Positions 30,034-39,791 of a stretch of 64,000 bases of DNA are shown in pieces. Numbering within the stretch: position 1 is the first letter of the stretch; each line of letters opens with the position of its first letter. The notes under the pieces were generated by a model, which made no database searches, was not told the origin of the DNA, and saw nothing but the letters and a program-made list of their open reading frames with translations. The stretch is taken from positions 352,001 to 416,000 of the forward strand of contig CAXXMV010000008.1 in NCBI GenBank assembly GCA_963662285.2, read 5' to 3'. A program made the translations under genes and the position numbers. The DNA is from a bacterium (GTDB lineage Bacteria; Hinthialibacterota; Hinthialibacteria; Hinthialibacterales; Hinthialibacteraceae).

Positions 30034-32472
30034 ATGAAACGCAATTTTCTTGTTCAAGCAAGCATCGGGATATTAATTACTATTATGTGTATAACTTCAA
30101 TTACAACAACCGCCTCATCCGCTACAGAGGGTGATCAATGGATCGCAGTAAAAGATAATTTTGTTCTACAGGCCAAACCTGACGTCTGGAAAGCGCATTG
30201 GATTGCGCCCAGCGAAGAACTTTCGGCTCAATCCATCAGCCGGGTATTCTATTTACGCAAAGAGTTCACCGTAGAATATCCCAGCCAATATAAAATGGCC
30301 TACATCTCCGCCGACAGCAAATATAAGTTATGGATCAACGGCGTTCCAGCTGCCCGTGGACCACAGCGCTACGATCCCAAACATCACCGCTATGATTCCA
30401 TTGACCTGTCTTCCCAAATTAAAAAAGGCAAAAACCTTATTGCAGCCGAAGTGATCTATTGGGGACCCGGCGGCCCCATCTTTCAAATGAGCGTACGCCC
30501 CGGCTTCGTCTTCGAATGCGGCGGTCTTAAATCAGATAAAACTTGGAAAACTCTGGTCTGCCCGGCTATCGATACAGCTGGCAGAAACGGCTTTCGCAGT
30601 GGTCTGGGATACCTGGCCGGCAACTGGCTCGAAAAAGTTGACGCCCGCCTACTGCCTCTGGGTTGGAACCAACAGGACTTCGATGACAGCCAGTGGAAAC
30701 TAGCCACACAATTGGGACGCGCTGAGATGTGGGGCGAAGGCGATACCCGCATGCCGTGGAAATTGGTTCCCCGTGATATTCATCCCCTGGAAGAACGGCC
30801 TGCTGAAGCATGTAAAGTAATTCAATCAGGCTTGGTGCAAGACGACAAGGATTTCCCGCCTTTCGCCTATGACGTTCAACCCAATCCCCAAAGCCCCGCC
30901 CTACCCTACACCATTCCAGGCGACGGCAAAATTCATTATCTGGTCTTCGACGCAGGACAACTGGTCACCTCTTATCCCATGCTGGATATTGAAAGCGATG
31001 CGGGCGCCGTGGTTGAGATAATGTACAGCGAAGCGCCCAGTATCAAACACAAAAAAGACTTCCGTAATAAATTCACCGGCGACAAGCGCGTCGAGGGATA
31101 CAACGACGTATATATCACCCGCCAGGGACGGCAAATCTATGAAACATTCCTGCACCGCACCTTCTGGTATGTCCGCGTGGCGGTCAAAAGCGACAAGCCG
31201 GTTACCATCCACGGCCTGTCCCATAGATGGACCAGTTATGATTTTGACGAACGCGGATCGTTTGAATGCTCTGATCCCATGCTCAATAAAATCTGGGATA
31301 TCGGCTGGTACACCTTAAGGCTCTGTTCGCATGAAACCTATGAAGACTGCCCCTACTACGAACAATTACAATACGTCGGCGACACCCGCATCCAGGCGCT
31401 TGTAACCTATCTAGCTTCGGGAGACGCCCATCTGCCAGCTAATGCCATCCGGCTGATGAATGCTTCCCGTTTACCCGAAGGTCTGACCTACTCGCGCTAT
31501 CCCGATCATGTCTTTCAGGTGATCCCCGGCTTCTCCTTATTCTGGGTAAAGATGATCGACGACTACTACACCCACACCGGCGATGCTGATCTGTTGCGCG
31601 AAACAGCCGGTGGAGTTTATTCAGTATTGCGTTTCTTTGAAAAATATCAAAACGACCTTGGATTCATATCCAACCTGCCCTATTGGAATTTCCATGACTG
31701 GATGTTCGAAAATGGTGGACGTCCGCCTGCCGACAAAGGTAGTTGCACCATCAGCACCTTGCTCTACAAAGGGGCGCTGGATGCAGGCGTACGCATTTTT
31801 GAGGCTTTGGGCGACCGACATGAAGCAGAACGCTTCCGTGAAAAATCTGAAGCAGTAAAACAAGCCCTCAACCAACACGCCTGGTCAGAAGAGGAAGGTC
31901 TCTATACAGACGGCGTTAAAATCAAGAGCCTTAGCCAACACGCCAACATCTACGCCATCCTGTTCGATATCGCCGATCAGGACAAGAAAGACAAGATCAT
32001 AAAACGCCTATTCGATGATCCAAAACTGCGCACTACCACCTTCTATTTCGCGCATTACATGCATCAGGTTGCCGATAAGGTCGGTCAACCTCAGCGCATA
32101 ATAGACGACATGAAACGCTGGAAAACCATGCTGGACATGGGAACCAGCACCTGGTGGGAACAACCCGGCGCAACCCGCAGCGACTGCCATGCCTGGTCAG
32201 CCACTCCGACCTACACCTTCATGCGCGTCATCCTTGGAGTGCGTGTAACCAAAGCCGGTTTCAAACGGGTAGAGATTCGTCCATACACAGCTGGTTTGCA
32301 ATGGGCTAAAGGAACCGTTCCAACCCCACATGGAGATATCAAGGTGGATTGGAACAATCACGACGGCTTCAAAATGAATATAGAATTACCAGATGGCGTC
32401 ACCGCCGATGTAATATTGCCCAATGGTAAAAAGGCGACCTATACTTCTGGAAAACATTCCATAGAAGAATAG
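30034..32472 (+). CDS. Secreted alpha-L-rhamnosidase-like GH78 glycoside hydrolase
   Basis: Signal peptide; SADSKYKLWING, DCPYYEQLQYVGD, TWWE..RSDCHAWS, GTVPTPHG. Start at the ATG after the AAGGTG RBS. Confidence 0.88.
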   Translation: MKRNFLVQASIGILITIMCITSITTTASSATEGDQWIAVKDNFVLQAKPDVWKAHWIAPSEELSAQSISRVFYLRKEFTVEYPSQYKMAYISADSKYKLWINGVPAARGPQRYDPKHHRYDSIDLSSQIKKGKNLIAAEVIYWGPGGPIFQMSVRPGFVFECGGLKSDKTWKTLVCPAIDTAGRNGFRSGLGYLAGNWLEKVDARLLPLGWNQQDFDDSQWKLATQLGRAEMWGEGDTRMPWKLVPRDIHPLEERPAEACKVIQSGLVQDDKDFPPFAYDVQPNPQSPALPYTIPGDGKIHYLVFDAGQLVTSYPMLDIESDAGAVVEIMYSEAPSIKHKKDFRNKFTGDKRVEGYNDVYITRQGRQIYETFLHRTFWYVRVAVKSDKPVTIHGLSHRWTSYDFDERGSFECSDPMLNKIWDIGWYTLRLCSHETYEDCPYYEQLQYVGDTRIQALVTYLASGDAHLPANAIRLMNASRLPEGLTYSRYPDHVFQVIPGFSLFWVKMIDDYYTHTGDADLLRETAGGVYSVLRFFEKYQNDLGFISNLPYWNFHDWMFENGGRPPADKGSCTISTLLYKGALDAGVRIFEALGDRHEAERFREKSEAVKQALNQHAWSEEEGLYTDGVKIKSLSQHANIYAILFDIADQDKKDKIIKRLFDDPKLRTTTFYFAHYMHQVADKVGQPQRIIDDMKRWKTMLDMGTSTWWEQPGATRSDCHAWSATPTYTFMRVILGVRVTKAGFKRVEIRPYTAGLQWAKGTVPTPHGDIKVDWNNHDGFKMNIELPDGVTADVILPNGKKATYTSGKHSIEE

Positions 32473-32499
32473 AATTCTTAACAAAACCTATCCACCAAA

Positions 32500-32656
32500 G
32501 TAGGGCGCGCCCCTCATAGGCGCCCTCGCTTGGTCGCTAGGCTCTGGGTACTGGGTGCCAAGGGCAAGACCGCAAAGCGGTCAGCCCTTGATCAAACCAC
32601 CCATTATTGGGAGAAGGATGAGATAAAATTAATTAACTTAATGACATTGCCCTTGA
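32500..32656 (+). repeat. Repeat cluster: GTAG-type REP (32500-32525) plus GGGTGCCAAGGGCA element with conserved 3' extension (32553-32656)
   Basis: The extension ATCAAACCACCCATT...TTAATGACATTGCC(C/T)TTGA is shared with 49773-49865. Confidence 0.8.
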
Positions 32657-32717
32657 GGCTATAACCTTCGATTCCAAAATCCCATCAGAATTTCCAATTA
32701 ATAGGAGAGAAAATATC

Positions 32718-34133
32718 ATGATCTCTTACCGAATTAAGAACATAAAACTCAAAGCAATCTTAATCACCCTAGCCTGTATATTCACCGCTTTTTCTCATGC
32801 GGCTGAACCGATCAAACTTCATCCCGATAATCCTCATTATTTCTTATTCCGGGGAAAACCGACCATACTGATAACATCAGCGGAACATTACGGCGCAGTG
32901 TTGAATCTTGATTTCGATTACATCCCATACCTGGACGCCCTGCAAGAAACCGGTATGAACCTGACCCGCACCTTCTCCGGCGTATATTGCGAAAAGCCCG
33001 GAGAATTCAAGATCGAAAAAAACACCCTGGCGCCAGCTGATGGCCGCCTTATCGCACCCTGGGCCAGAAGTTCAAAACCGGGCTACCAACGAGGCGGAAA
33101 CAAGTTTGACCTGACCAAATGGGACAATGCCTATTTCAAACGCCTCAAAGATTTCATCAAACAGGCCGGTAAACGAGGCGTGGTGGTTGAACTGGTCTTC
33201 TTCTGCCCCAATTACAATGACGGTCTCTGGATGCTTAGCCCCACCAACGCCATCAATAACATCAACGGTTATAGCAAGGTTTCAAGCAAGGAAGTTTATA
33301 CTCTTAAAGATGAGCAACTTACCAAGGCGCAAGATGCTATGGTGCGTAAGATTGTATCGGAATTAGAAGGCTTCGATAACCTCTATTATGAAATCTGTAA
33401 TGAGCCTTATTTCGGCGGCGTAACCCTGGAATGGCAAAAGCATATAGCACAAGTCATAACTGATACTGAATCCGGTTTCAAAAACAAACACTTAATTGCC
33501 CAGAATATCGCCAATGGCAGTAAAGTAATTGAAAATCCTGATCCCAATGTTTCAATCTTTAATTACCACTACGCCTATCCACCCAATGCCGTTGCACAGA
33601 ATTTTAATCTCAATCGCGTTATCGGATATGACGAATCAGGCTTCAAAGGCAGTGGAGACACCAAGTACCGGGGAGACGCCTGGGCTTTCATTCTCGCTGG
33701 AGGCGGTGAATTCAACAATCTGGATTATTCATTCACCACCGAATGCGAAAACGGAACCGCCAGCCAAAACGCTCCCGGAGGCGGGAGCCAGGCCTTGCGG
33801 GCGCAACTCAAGATACTGCAAGACTTTATGCAAAGTTTTAATTTCATACGCATGAATCCGGCGCCTTCAATCATTACAAACATCAAAGGAGAAGGCAAAT
33901 CCAAAGCCTGGGCATTAGCGCGTGAAGGAAAAGAATACGCCCTTTATATCCAAAAAGGCCCCAAAGCGCAATTAAGTCTCAAAATCCCTAAAGGCGAATA
34001 CAGAGCTGAATGGATCAATACCATCACCGGAAAGATCGATCATTCAGTGTCTATTATCCATACCGGCGGTGATTTATTGCTGGAATCACCTGATTTCACA
34101 GATGATATAGCCTTACGCATCAAGCAAAAATAG
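32718..34133 (+). CDS. Secreted glycoside-hydrolase-like TIM-barrel protein (clan GH-A-like) with C-terminal beta-sandwich
   Basis: Signal peptide; LHPDNPHYFLFRGKP, KFDLTKWD..YFKRL, YEICNEP (acid/base), GYDESG (nucleophile-like), YRAEWINT. Confidence 0.75.
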   Translation: MISYRIKNIKLKAILITLACIFTAFSHAAEPIKLHPDNPHYFLFRGKPTILITSAEHYGAVLNLDFDYIPYLDALQETGMNLTRTFSGVYCEKPGEFKIEKNTLAPADGRLIAPWARSSKPGYQRGGNKFDLTKWDNAYFKRLKDFIKQAGKRGVVVELVFFCPNYNDGLWMLSPTNAINNINGYSKVSSKEVYTLKDEQLTKAQDAMVRKIVSELEGFDNLYYEICNEPYFGGVTLEWQKHIAQVITDTESGFKNKHLIAQNIANGSKVIENPDPNVSIFNYHYAYPPNAVAQNFNLNRVIGYDESGFKGSGDTKYRGDAWAFILAGGGEFNNLDYSFTTECENGTASQNAPGGGSQALRAQLKILQDFMQSFNFIRMNPAPSIITNIKGEGKSKAWALAREGKEYALYIQKGPKAQLSLKIPKGEYRAEWINTITGKIDHSVSIIHTGGDLLLESPDFTDDIALRIKQK

Positions 34134-34142
34134 CATAAAACC

Positions 34143-34226
34143 GTCGGGCGCGCCCCTTGTGGGCGCCCGGATTATGCTGGGCGCCAAGGGCAGACCGCAA
34201 TGCGGTCAGCCCTTGATCAAACCACC
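34143..34226 (+). repeat. GTAG-type REP variant followed by a GGG(C/T)GCCAAGGGCA element
   Basis: GTCGGGCGCGCCCCTTGTGGGCGCCC, then GGGCGCCAAGGGCAGACCGCAATGCGGTCAGCCCTTGATCAAACCACC. Confidence 0.8.
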
Positions 34227-34374
34227 AACGATAGGATGAAATACGTTTGGTTAACTATCCAATACGATTTCGCAAGGCAATCAACATCAAAAACATTTCC
34301 GATTCACGAATCTGTTATATATAATATTATGAGATAAGATCATAACATCTGAAAAAAAATTAGGAGATATAAAT

Positions 34375-34956
34375 ATGCTACGACAATTATCAAGAACATC
34401 TTGGCTTACAGGCTTTGCAGTATTAATGCTTTTCGGTTTTACCTTCCTGTCAAATGCAGCCCAAAAAAAGCATCCTATGCAATCTGCGCTCGGTAAAAAA
34501 GCGCCGCCAGTTGCTGGAGTTACTCTGGATGCTAAAAAACTGGATATCAAATCATTCAAAGGCAAAGTGGTTCTAATCGATTTCTGGGCCACCTGGTGCC
34601 CTCCATGCCGCAAAGAAATTCCACACCTGCAGGAAGCCTACAAAAAATTGCATGATAAAGGTTTGGAAATTATCAGTATAAATGGCGGTGAAAAACCTGA
34701 AACAATCAAAGAATTTATCAAACAAGATAAATTCCAAATGCCTTGGAATCATATCCTCGAAAAAGGAAAACTGTCCGCTCAATACAAAGTTCAATACATT
34801 CCTTCACCTTTCCTGATAGATCATAATGGAATCCTGGTATCAATCTCAGCAAACAATGAACTTCGGGGAGAAACCCTTATAAACACTTTGGAAAAATATG
34901 TCGCTAAAATCCCCAAAAAGGAAGAAAAAGCCGAAGCAGCAAAGAAAGCGATATAA
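34375..34956 (+). CDS. Exported TlpA/ResA-family thioredoxin-like protein
   Basis: KGKVVLIDFWATWCPPCRKEIP; signal peptide. Confidence 0.92.
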   Translation: MLRQLSRTSWLTGFAVLMLFGFTFLSNAAQKKHPMQSALGKKAPPVAGVTLDAKKLDIKSFKGKVVLIDFWATWCPPCRKEIPHLQEAYKKLHDKGLEIISINGGEKPETIKEFIKQDKFQMPWNHILEKGKLSAQYKVQYIPSPFLIDHNGILVSISANNELRGETLINTLEKYVAKIPKKEEKAEAAKKAI

Positions 34957-34973
34957 CGGAATTAGTACTATTG

Positions 34974-35009
34974 TTCCCTCTCCCTCCGGGAGAGGGCTAG
35001 GGTGAGGGG
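34974..35009 (+). repeat. CCCTCTCCC family palindromic repeat
   Basis: TTCCCTCTCCCTCCGGGAGAGGGCTAGGGTGAGGGG. Confidence 0.8.
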
Positions 35010-35127
35010 TAATCTAAAAAACCCTATTTCACACAACAAAAGGCTTATATAATGCAGGGGGATTATCTCCCTGCATTTTTATTTATTTTTTTATATATAT
35101 GTAAGTAATTCAACAAGTTGAGGGAAT

Positions 35128-35565
35128 ATGTCGGGTTATAAAGGTCACATCGCCGGATCGCTGCTCTTCTGCGGGATACTTTATCTATTTCCATTTTGGA
35201 ATCCATTACCATGGACCGGTAAAGGCGTCTGCATCGCGTTAGCCCTATTTTTCGGATTATGGCCGGATGTGGATACCAAAAGCAAAGGACAATATATCTT
35301 CCTGCTCTGCGTCTTGATCGTCGATGCGGTTTTGATTTACCGGGAAGATTACAAACGGGCGGCCTACCTGGGATTGCTGATAATCCTGCCAATCATGGCA
35401 AGACATCGCGGCTGGACTCATAGCGTCATAGCCATGCTTCTGATACCCGGAGGATTATACCTGGCGGCAATACATTATTATAACGGCGCACCATACGACC
35501 TGCTGCCCTACTTCCTAGCCGCACTATTCGGATACGCCAGCCATTTGATCCTTGATCGATTTTAG
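35128..35565 (+). CDS. Membrane-bound metal-dependent hydrolase (YdjM-like)
   Basis: MSGYKGH, LWPDVD, HRGWTHS, GYASHLILD. Confidence 0.88.
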   Translation: MSGYKGHIAGSLLFCGILYLFPFWNPLPWTGKGVCIALALFFGLWPDVDTKSKGQYIFLLCVLIVDAVLIYREDYKRAAYLGLLIILPIMARHRGWTHSVIAMLLIPGGLYLAAIHYYNGAPYDLLPYFLAALFGYASHLILDRF

Positions 35566-35586
35566 AGTTTACGATTATGCGTGTTT

Positions 35587-35850
35587 CTAAAAGGCTGGCT
35601 TCGCCTTGGCGCCCTCATCCATTCTGCTTAGTTCATGCAAAAACTCCGGTGCAAAATCAGCGCCATTACTCCATGATAAGGTGTGACCGTCAAGAGTAAA
35701 AGACTTAAAAAATGAAACATCTTTCAACGGCTCAAATATTTCACCATATAATTCAGATTCCAAATCTACCTCACCCTGCGTCCCATCATTAAAAGACAGC
35801 CATATTTTATAATCCCTTATATATTCCGCCTGCTCAACATGGATAAGCAT
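35587..35850 (-). CDS. DUF2442-family protein (partner of DUF4160, putative TA module)
   Basis: YKIWLSFNDG, GEIFEPLKD, TLSWSNGADFAPEFL. Confidence 0.88.
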   Translation of the reverse strand: MLIHVEQAEYIRDYKIWLSFNDGTQGEVDLESELYGEIFEPLKDVSFFKSFTLDGHTLSWSNGADFAPEFLHELSRMDEGAKAKPAF

Positions 35851-35855
35851 AATAA

Positions 35856-36113
35856 CTACTCCAATGGTTCAATTTTGGATAATGGCTTCCTATTCATAGC
35901 CGCTTCCCAGTTGGTCATGAGTTCATTTTGATGTAACACATACCACTCAAGGACAGCATTCAACGCTCTTCTTGGAAATTTACCTGCTACTACACCAGTT
36001 TCAATATCTACGGTGATTTCGTATTCTCCATACTCAGCGTGAAAATGCGCCGGATGATGTTCACGAAAGTACATTCTAATCACTATCCCAAGAAAACGGC
36101 TTATCTCAGGCAT
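35856..36113 (-). CDS. DUF4160-family protein (putative TA module)
   Basis: MPEISRFLGIVIRMY..HHPAHFHAEYG..LEW..KIEPLE. Confidence 0.9.
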   Translation of the reverse strand: MPEISRFLGIVIRMYFREHHPAHFHAEYGEYEITVDIETGVVAGKFPRRALNAVLEWYVLHQNELMTNWEAAMNRKPLSKIEPLE

Positions 36114-36267
36114 ATATTTTATCCTGTTTATTATTAACAACGTTTAAGTAGTAGATTTGTATTGTTAACCGTATATCGGGTTACTTAGAAAATATTAAGT
36201 ACAAACAGTATGACCTCGTCAAGCGAAAATTTCAATTTTTTGCAAATTATTTATTTCAAGCGGTTAA

Positions 36268-36311
36268 CAAAAAAAAGCGGGCGCAACGCCTAAACGCCAT
36301 GCCCGCTTTTT
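36268..36311 (-). terminator. Rho-independent (bidirectional-type) terminator after the ETF/Fe-S operon
   Basis: A-run, AGCGGGCG...TGCCCGCT stem, T-run. Confidence 0.7.
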
Positions 36312-36330
36312 GTTGGTTGTATGATGAGGA

Positions 36331-38355
36331 TTATTCCGGGTGATCCATCGCCTCATATACGATCTCAGCGATGTCTTTTACTTTCACCTTATCCTCGACA
36401 TTTTCATCTTTCACGCCGTCTTCAAACATGGTCATGCAGAAGGGGCATGAAACTGCGATAGTGGTTGGATTGGTCTTTAAGGCTTCCTTGGTTCGTTCTA
36501 AATGAATCCGGTTGCCTTCCAGTTCTTCCAGCCACATGCGGCCGCCTCCTGCTCCACAGCAGAAGCTCTTGTCGTGGTTGCGTTCCATCTCCATGGGAGC
36601 GCATCCTGAAGCGCAGTTCAATATATTACGCGGCGCTTCATATATTTCGTTATAGCGCCCCAGGTAGCATGAATCGTGGACTACGATTCTGCCGTTAACT
36701 TTATTGGTCAACTTAATCTTACCTTGTTGAATAAATTGGTTGATCAATTCGGTATGATGAAATACCTCATAATTGGTGCAGTATTGAGCGTAATCGTTCT
36801 TCAAAGTGTTGTATCCATGCGGACAACAGGTGACGATGCGTTTGATGTTATATTTGTTGAATAACTCAATATTATCTACAGCGAGATTCTCGAATAGATA
36901 CTCGTTGCCCAAACGGCGCAATGAGTCTCCGCAACACTTTTCTTCTTTGCCCAATATGCCCCACGTCACTCCAGATGCATTGAGGATATGGGTCATGGCG
37001 GTGACGATGCTTTTGGCGCGTGAATCATAAGAACCTGAACATCCTACATAGAACAGATATTCAACCTCTTTGCCTTGCTCTACCAAATCCTGAACCAGTG
37101 GAACATCCAAATCCTGAGTCCATTTGGTACGGTCGGTCGGCGCCACGCCCCAGGGATTGAAGCGCTGCTCGCTATTTTCAAAGAAAGTCAACATTTCATC
37201 CGGGAACTTGGCTTGCTCCATCACCAGACTGCGGCGCATTTCAATAATCTTGGGCACATGCTCGATAAAGACGGGACATTCAGCCATACAGGCCCCGCAT
37301 GTCGTACAGGCCCACAAGGCATTCTCGGAAACGCTGTCATGCTTGCTTCCGCCAATAAGCCCAACCTTCATCTCAGCGCAAGCCGGCGCTGGCGCCAGAG
37401 TATCGAAACGACGCTTGGACATAACCTCGGCGCCATTGGCGAACAGGTTATATTTCCCCTGATGAATGATCTGCTTGGGATTCAGTTCCTTCTCAGTCAC
37501 TTGCGCCGGACAGGCCGCCTGACAACGGCCGCACTCGGTGCAGGCCATGAAATCCAGCAGGTCTTTCCAGGTGAACTGAGTAATTTTGGAATGACCGAAA
37601 CTCTCGCCCCGTTCAAAAACCAGACGGGGAACCGTCTTCACGAAGGAGAAGGAACGGAAAAAGCAGTTGGGAATAGCAGTTAAAACATGCAAGTGCTTGC
37701 TGTAAGGCAGGTAATTCATAAATACCAGCAGCACGATAGCATGAATCCACCAGCAGAGTTGCGTCACGAAATGCGCGGCGCCATCAGACATGCCTGAGTA
37801 TAAAACCGCGACAACTCCCGAAACCGGCATCCATGACGCCCATTCGGTTGCGCCCAGCCGGATCTCACCGGCGTGGTAACCGAAATAAGCGATCATCAAA
37901 GCTGCGATCATGCCTAAAATAAAATAAGCGTCAAAAGTTGGGTCGATATGAGCCGGACGGAAAAAAGTCCGCCGCACCACCGCCACAATAACGCTGATCA
38001 CAACCACCAGCGACATGATTCCCGTCATGGTCAAAAGGACGCCATAGGGAATATGTCCGATGAAAGAGAAAGAGAACTGGGGGAAAACTCCACCAATCAA
38101 AAATTCAGTATTCATCAACAGCAACGTAAGGAATCCCCAGAATATCAGGGAATGATTAACGCCATACGCTGTCTTCATTACGCGTAACTGCCCGAAAGCG
38201 AAAGCGGCCATATTGGCGAACCGGTCGGTTAATCTATCAAACCGGTTTTCAAAACGGCCCAGGCACAATAATGCGAACAGGCGGTATAAATTATATGCAA
38301 AAAACCCGAACGCAAAAAGAAATATTACTATATAGATGATTCGTCCCGCATCCAT
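36331..38355 (-). CDS. Membrane-bound Fe-S oxidoreductase (NarI/DUF224-like TM domain + 2[4Fe-4S] + two CCG domains; ETF:quinone oxidoreductase/FadF-like)
   Basis: N-terminal TM helices with His (HSLIFWGF, WWIHA, YSKHLH); CTECGRCQAACP, CTTCGACMAECP; EKCCG, HDSCYLGR, FCCGAGGG, SCPFC. Confidence 0.9.
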   Translation of the reverse strand: MDAGRIIYIVIFLFAFGFFAYNLYRLFALLCLGRFENRFDRLTDRFANMAAFAFGQLRVMKTAYGVNHSLIFWGFLTLLLMNTEFLIGGVFPQFSFSFIGHIPYGVLLTMTGIMSLVVVISVIVAVVRRTFFRPAHIDPTFDAYFILGMIAALMIAYFGYHAGEIRLGATEWASWMPVSGVVAVLYSGMSDGAAHFVTQLCWWIHAIVLLVFMNYLPYSKHLHVLTAIPNCFFRSFSFVKTVPRLVFERGESFGHSKITQFTWKDLLDFMACTECGRCQAACPAQVTEKELNPKQIIHQGKYNLFANGAEVMSKRRFDTLAPAPACAEMKVGLIGGSKHDSVSENALWACTTCGACMAECPVFIEHVPKIIEMRRSLVMEQAKFPDEMLTFFENSEQRFNPWGVAPTDRTKWTQDLDVPLVQDLVEQGKEVEYLFYVGCSGSYDSRAKSIVTAMTHILNASGVTWGILGKEEKCCGDSLRRLGNEYLFENLAVDNIELFNKYNIKRIVTCCPHGYNTLKNDYAQYCTNYEVFHHTELINQFIQQGKIKLTNKVNGRIVVHDSCYLGRYNEIYEAPRNILNCASGCAPMEMERNHDKSFCCGAGGGRMWLEELEGNRIHLERTKEALKTNPTTIAVSCPFCMTMFEDGVKDENVEDKVKVKDIAEIVYEAMDHPE

Positions 38356-38371
38356 ACTTGATATCTCCCCA

Positions 38372-39688
38372 TTATACGGCGACATTGGCGCCGGCTGATT
38401 GTTTAATCTGTTTTACTTGTTCAATCACCGCTGGAACGATTTCAAATAAATCGCCAACAATGCCCAAATGAGCCACATCGAAAATGGGGGCATTCTTATC
38501 CTTATTGATCGCGATGATGTATTCGGATGATTGCATACCTACCAGATGCTGAATGGCGCCGGATATACCACAGGCAATGTATAACTTGGGCGAAACAGTT
38601 TTACCTGTTTGACCTACCTGATGCTCATGCGGCATCCAACCAGCGTCAACCGCGCTGCGGGAACTTCCAACTTCTGCGCCCAGCAGTTCGGCCAACTCCC
38701 GAATCATAGAGAAATTCTCCGAACCCATCATGCCGCGCCCGCCGCTGACAATGATTTTCGCACCCGAAAGATTGACCTTATGATCTGATTTCAAGGGAAC
38801 GATTTCCAGAATTTTAGTAGTGATTAAATCCTCATTTAAGTCGAGTGGTTCTTTTATCACTTCACCGGATTTGTTTGGATCGAACTCCGGCTTACTCATG
38901 ACATGGGGGCGAACCGTCGACATCTGAGGGCGTTTTTTATCACAGAGAATAGTGGCCATGATGTTGCCGCCGAAAGCCGGTCGGGTCTGCTCTAACAATC
39001 GATCTTCAAGACTTATCGAAAGACCGGTGCAGTCAGCGGTTAAACCAGTTCCGAGATGAGTGGCCACAGCGCCAGCTAAATCTCTTCCCTGTCCTGTAGC
39101 GCCTACCAGTACAACTTCAGGTTTATATTTACTTATGACATGAAGGCAGCCTTTAAGGTAAGATTGGGTTCGGTAATATTTCAATACAGGATCATCGACT
39201 ACATAAACCTTGTCTGCGCCATATCCGAATGACTTTTTAACCAGTTCATCAACATTTTCACCCAGTACCAGGGCGGCCAGTTCTACTTGCAGGTCATTGG
39301 CCAGTTTACGCCCTTCACCAAGCAGTTCCCACGAAACCGAATGAGCCTTGCCTTCATGATGCTCAAGAATCACCCATACGCCTTGCCAATCACTAAGGAC
39401 TTTTTGTTGTATCTTAGGGGCGGAGATAACTTCGTCTTTACTATATTCTTCCAGGATTTTTTGTTCATCCGGCGTAAAGAACATCTCTATAGCCTGTGTG
39501 GGACAGGCTTTTACGCATTTGCGGCATCCATTGCATGAATCAATAGCAATTACCGGTTCGCCATTATCGTTTAATTCAATAGCGCCAGTAGCGCATGACG
39601 CCACACATGTATCGCCGCAGGCGATGCACTTACCTTCAATATATCGAGCTTTCCCTCGAGGTTTTCTTGGCCGTTTAGGTTCTGCCAT
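38372..39688 (-). CDS. etfA: Electron transfer flavoprotein alpha subunit with N-terminal 2[4Fe-4S] ferredoxin domain
   Basis: CIACGDTCVASCATG and CNGCRKCVKACP; TGLTADCT, TRPAFGGN, GGRG, QVGQTG, CGISGAIQH. Confidence 0.95.
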   Translation of the reverse strand: MAEPKRPRKPRGKARYIEGKCIACGDTCVASCATGAIELNDNGEPVIAIDSCNGCRKCVKACPTQAIEMFFTPDEQKILEEYSKDEVISAPKIQQKVLSDWQGVWVILEHHEGKAHSVSWELLGEGRKLANDLQVELAALVLGENVDELVKKSFGYGADKVYVVDDPVLKYYRTQSYLKGCLHVISKYKPEVVLVGATGQGRDLAGAVATHLGTGLTADCTGLSISLEDRLLEQTRPAFGGNIMATILCDKKRPQMSTVRPHVMSKPEFDPNKSGEVIKEPLDLNEDLITTKILEIVPLKSDHKVNLSGAKIIVSGGRGMMGSENFSMIRELAELLGAEVGSSRSAVDAGWMPHEHQVGQTGKTVSPKLYIACGISGAIQHLVGMQSSEYIIAINKDKNAPIFDVAHLGIVGDLFEIVPAVIEQVKQIKQSAGANVAV

Positions 39689-39791
39689 ATTTCTTATACC
39701 CCGTCTTTCTTTATTCCTGTCTAATTAAAAGTTATCTTCTGAACGTAAAGCGCATTAATATAATATAATAAGTACGTCTTATTCTTTTTAT

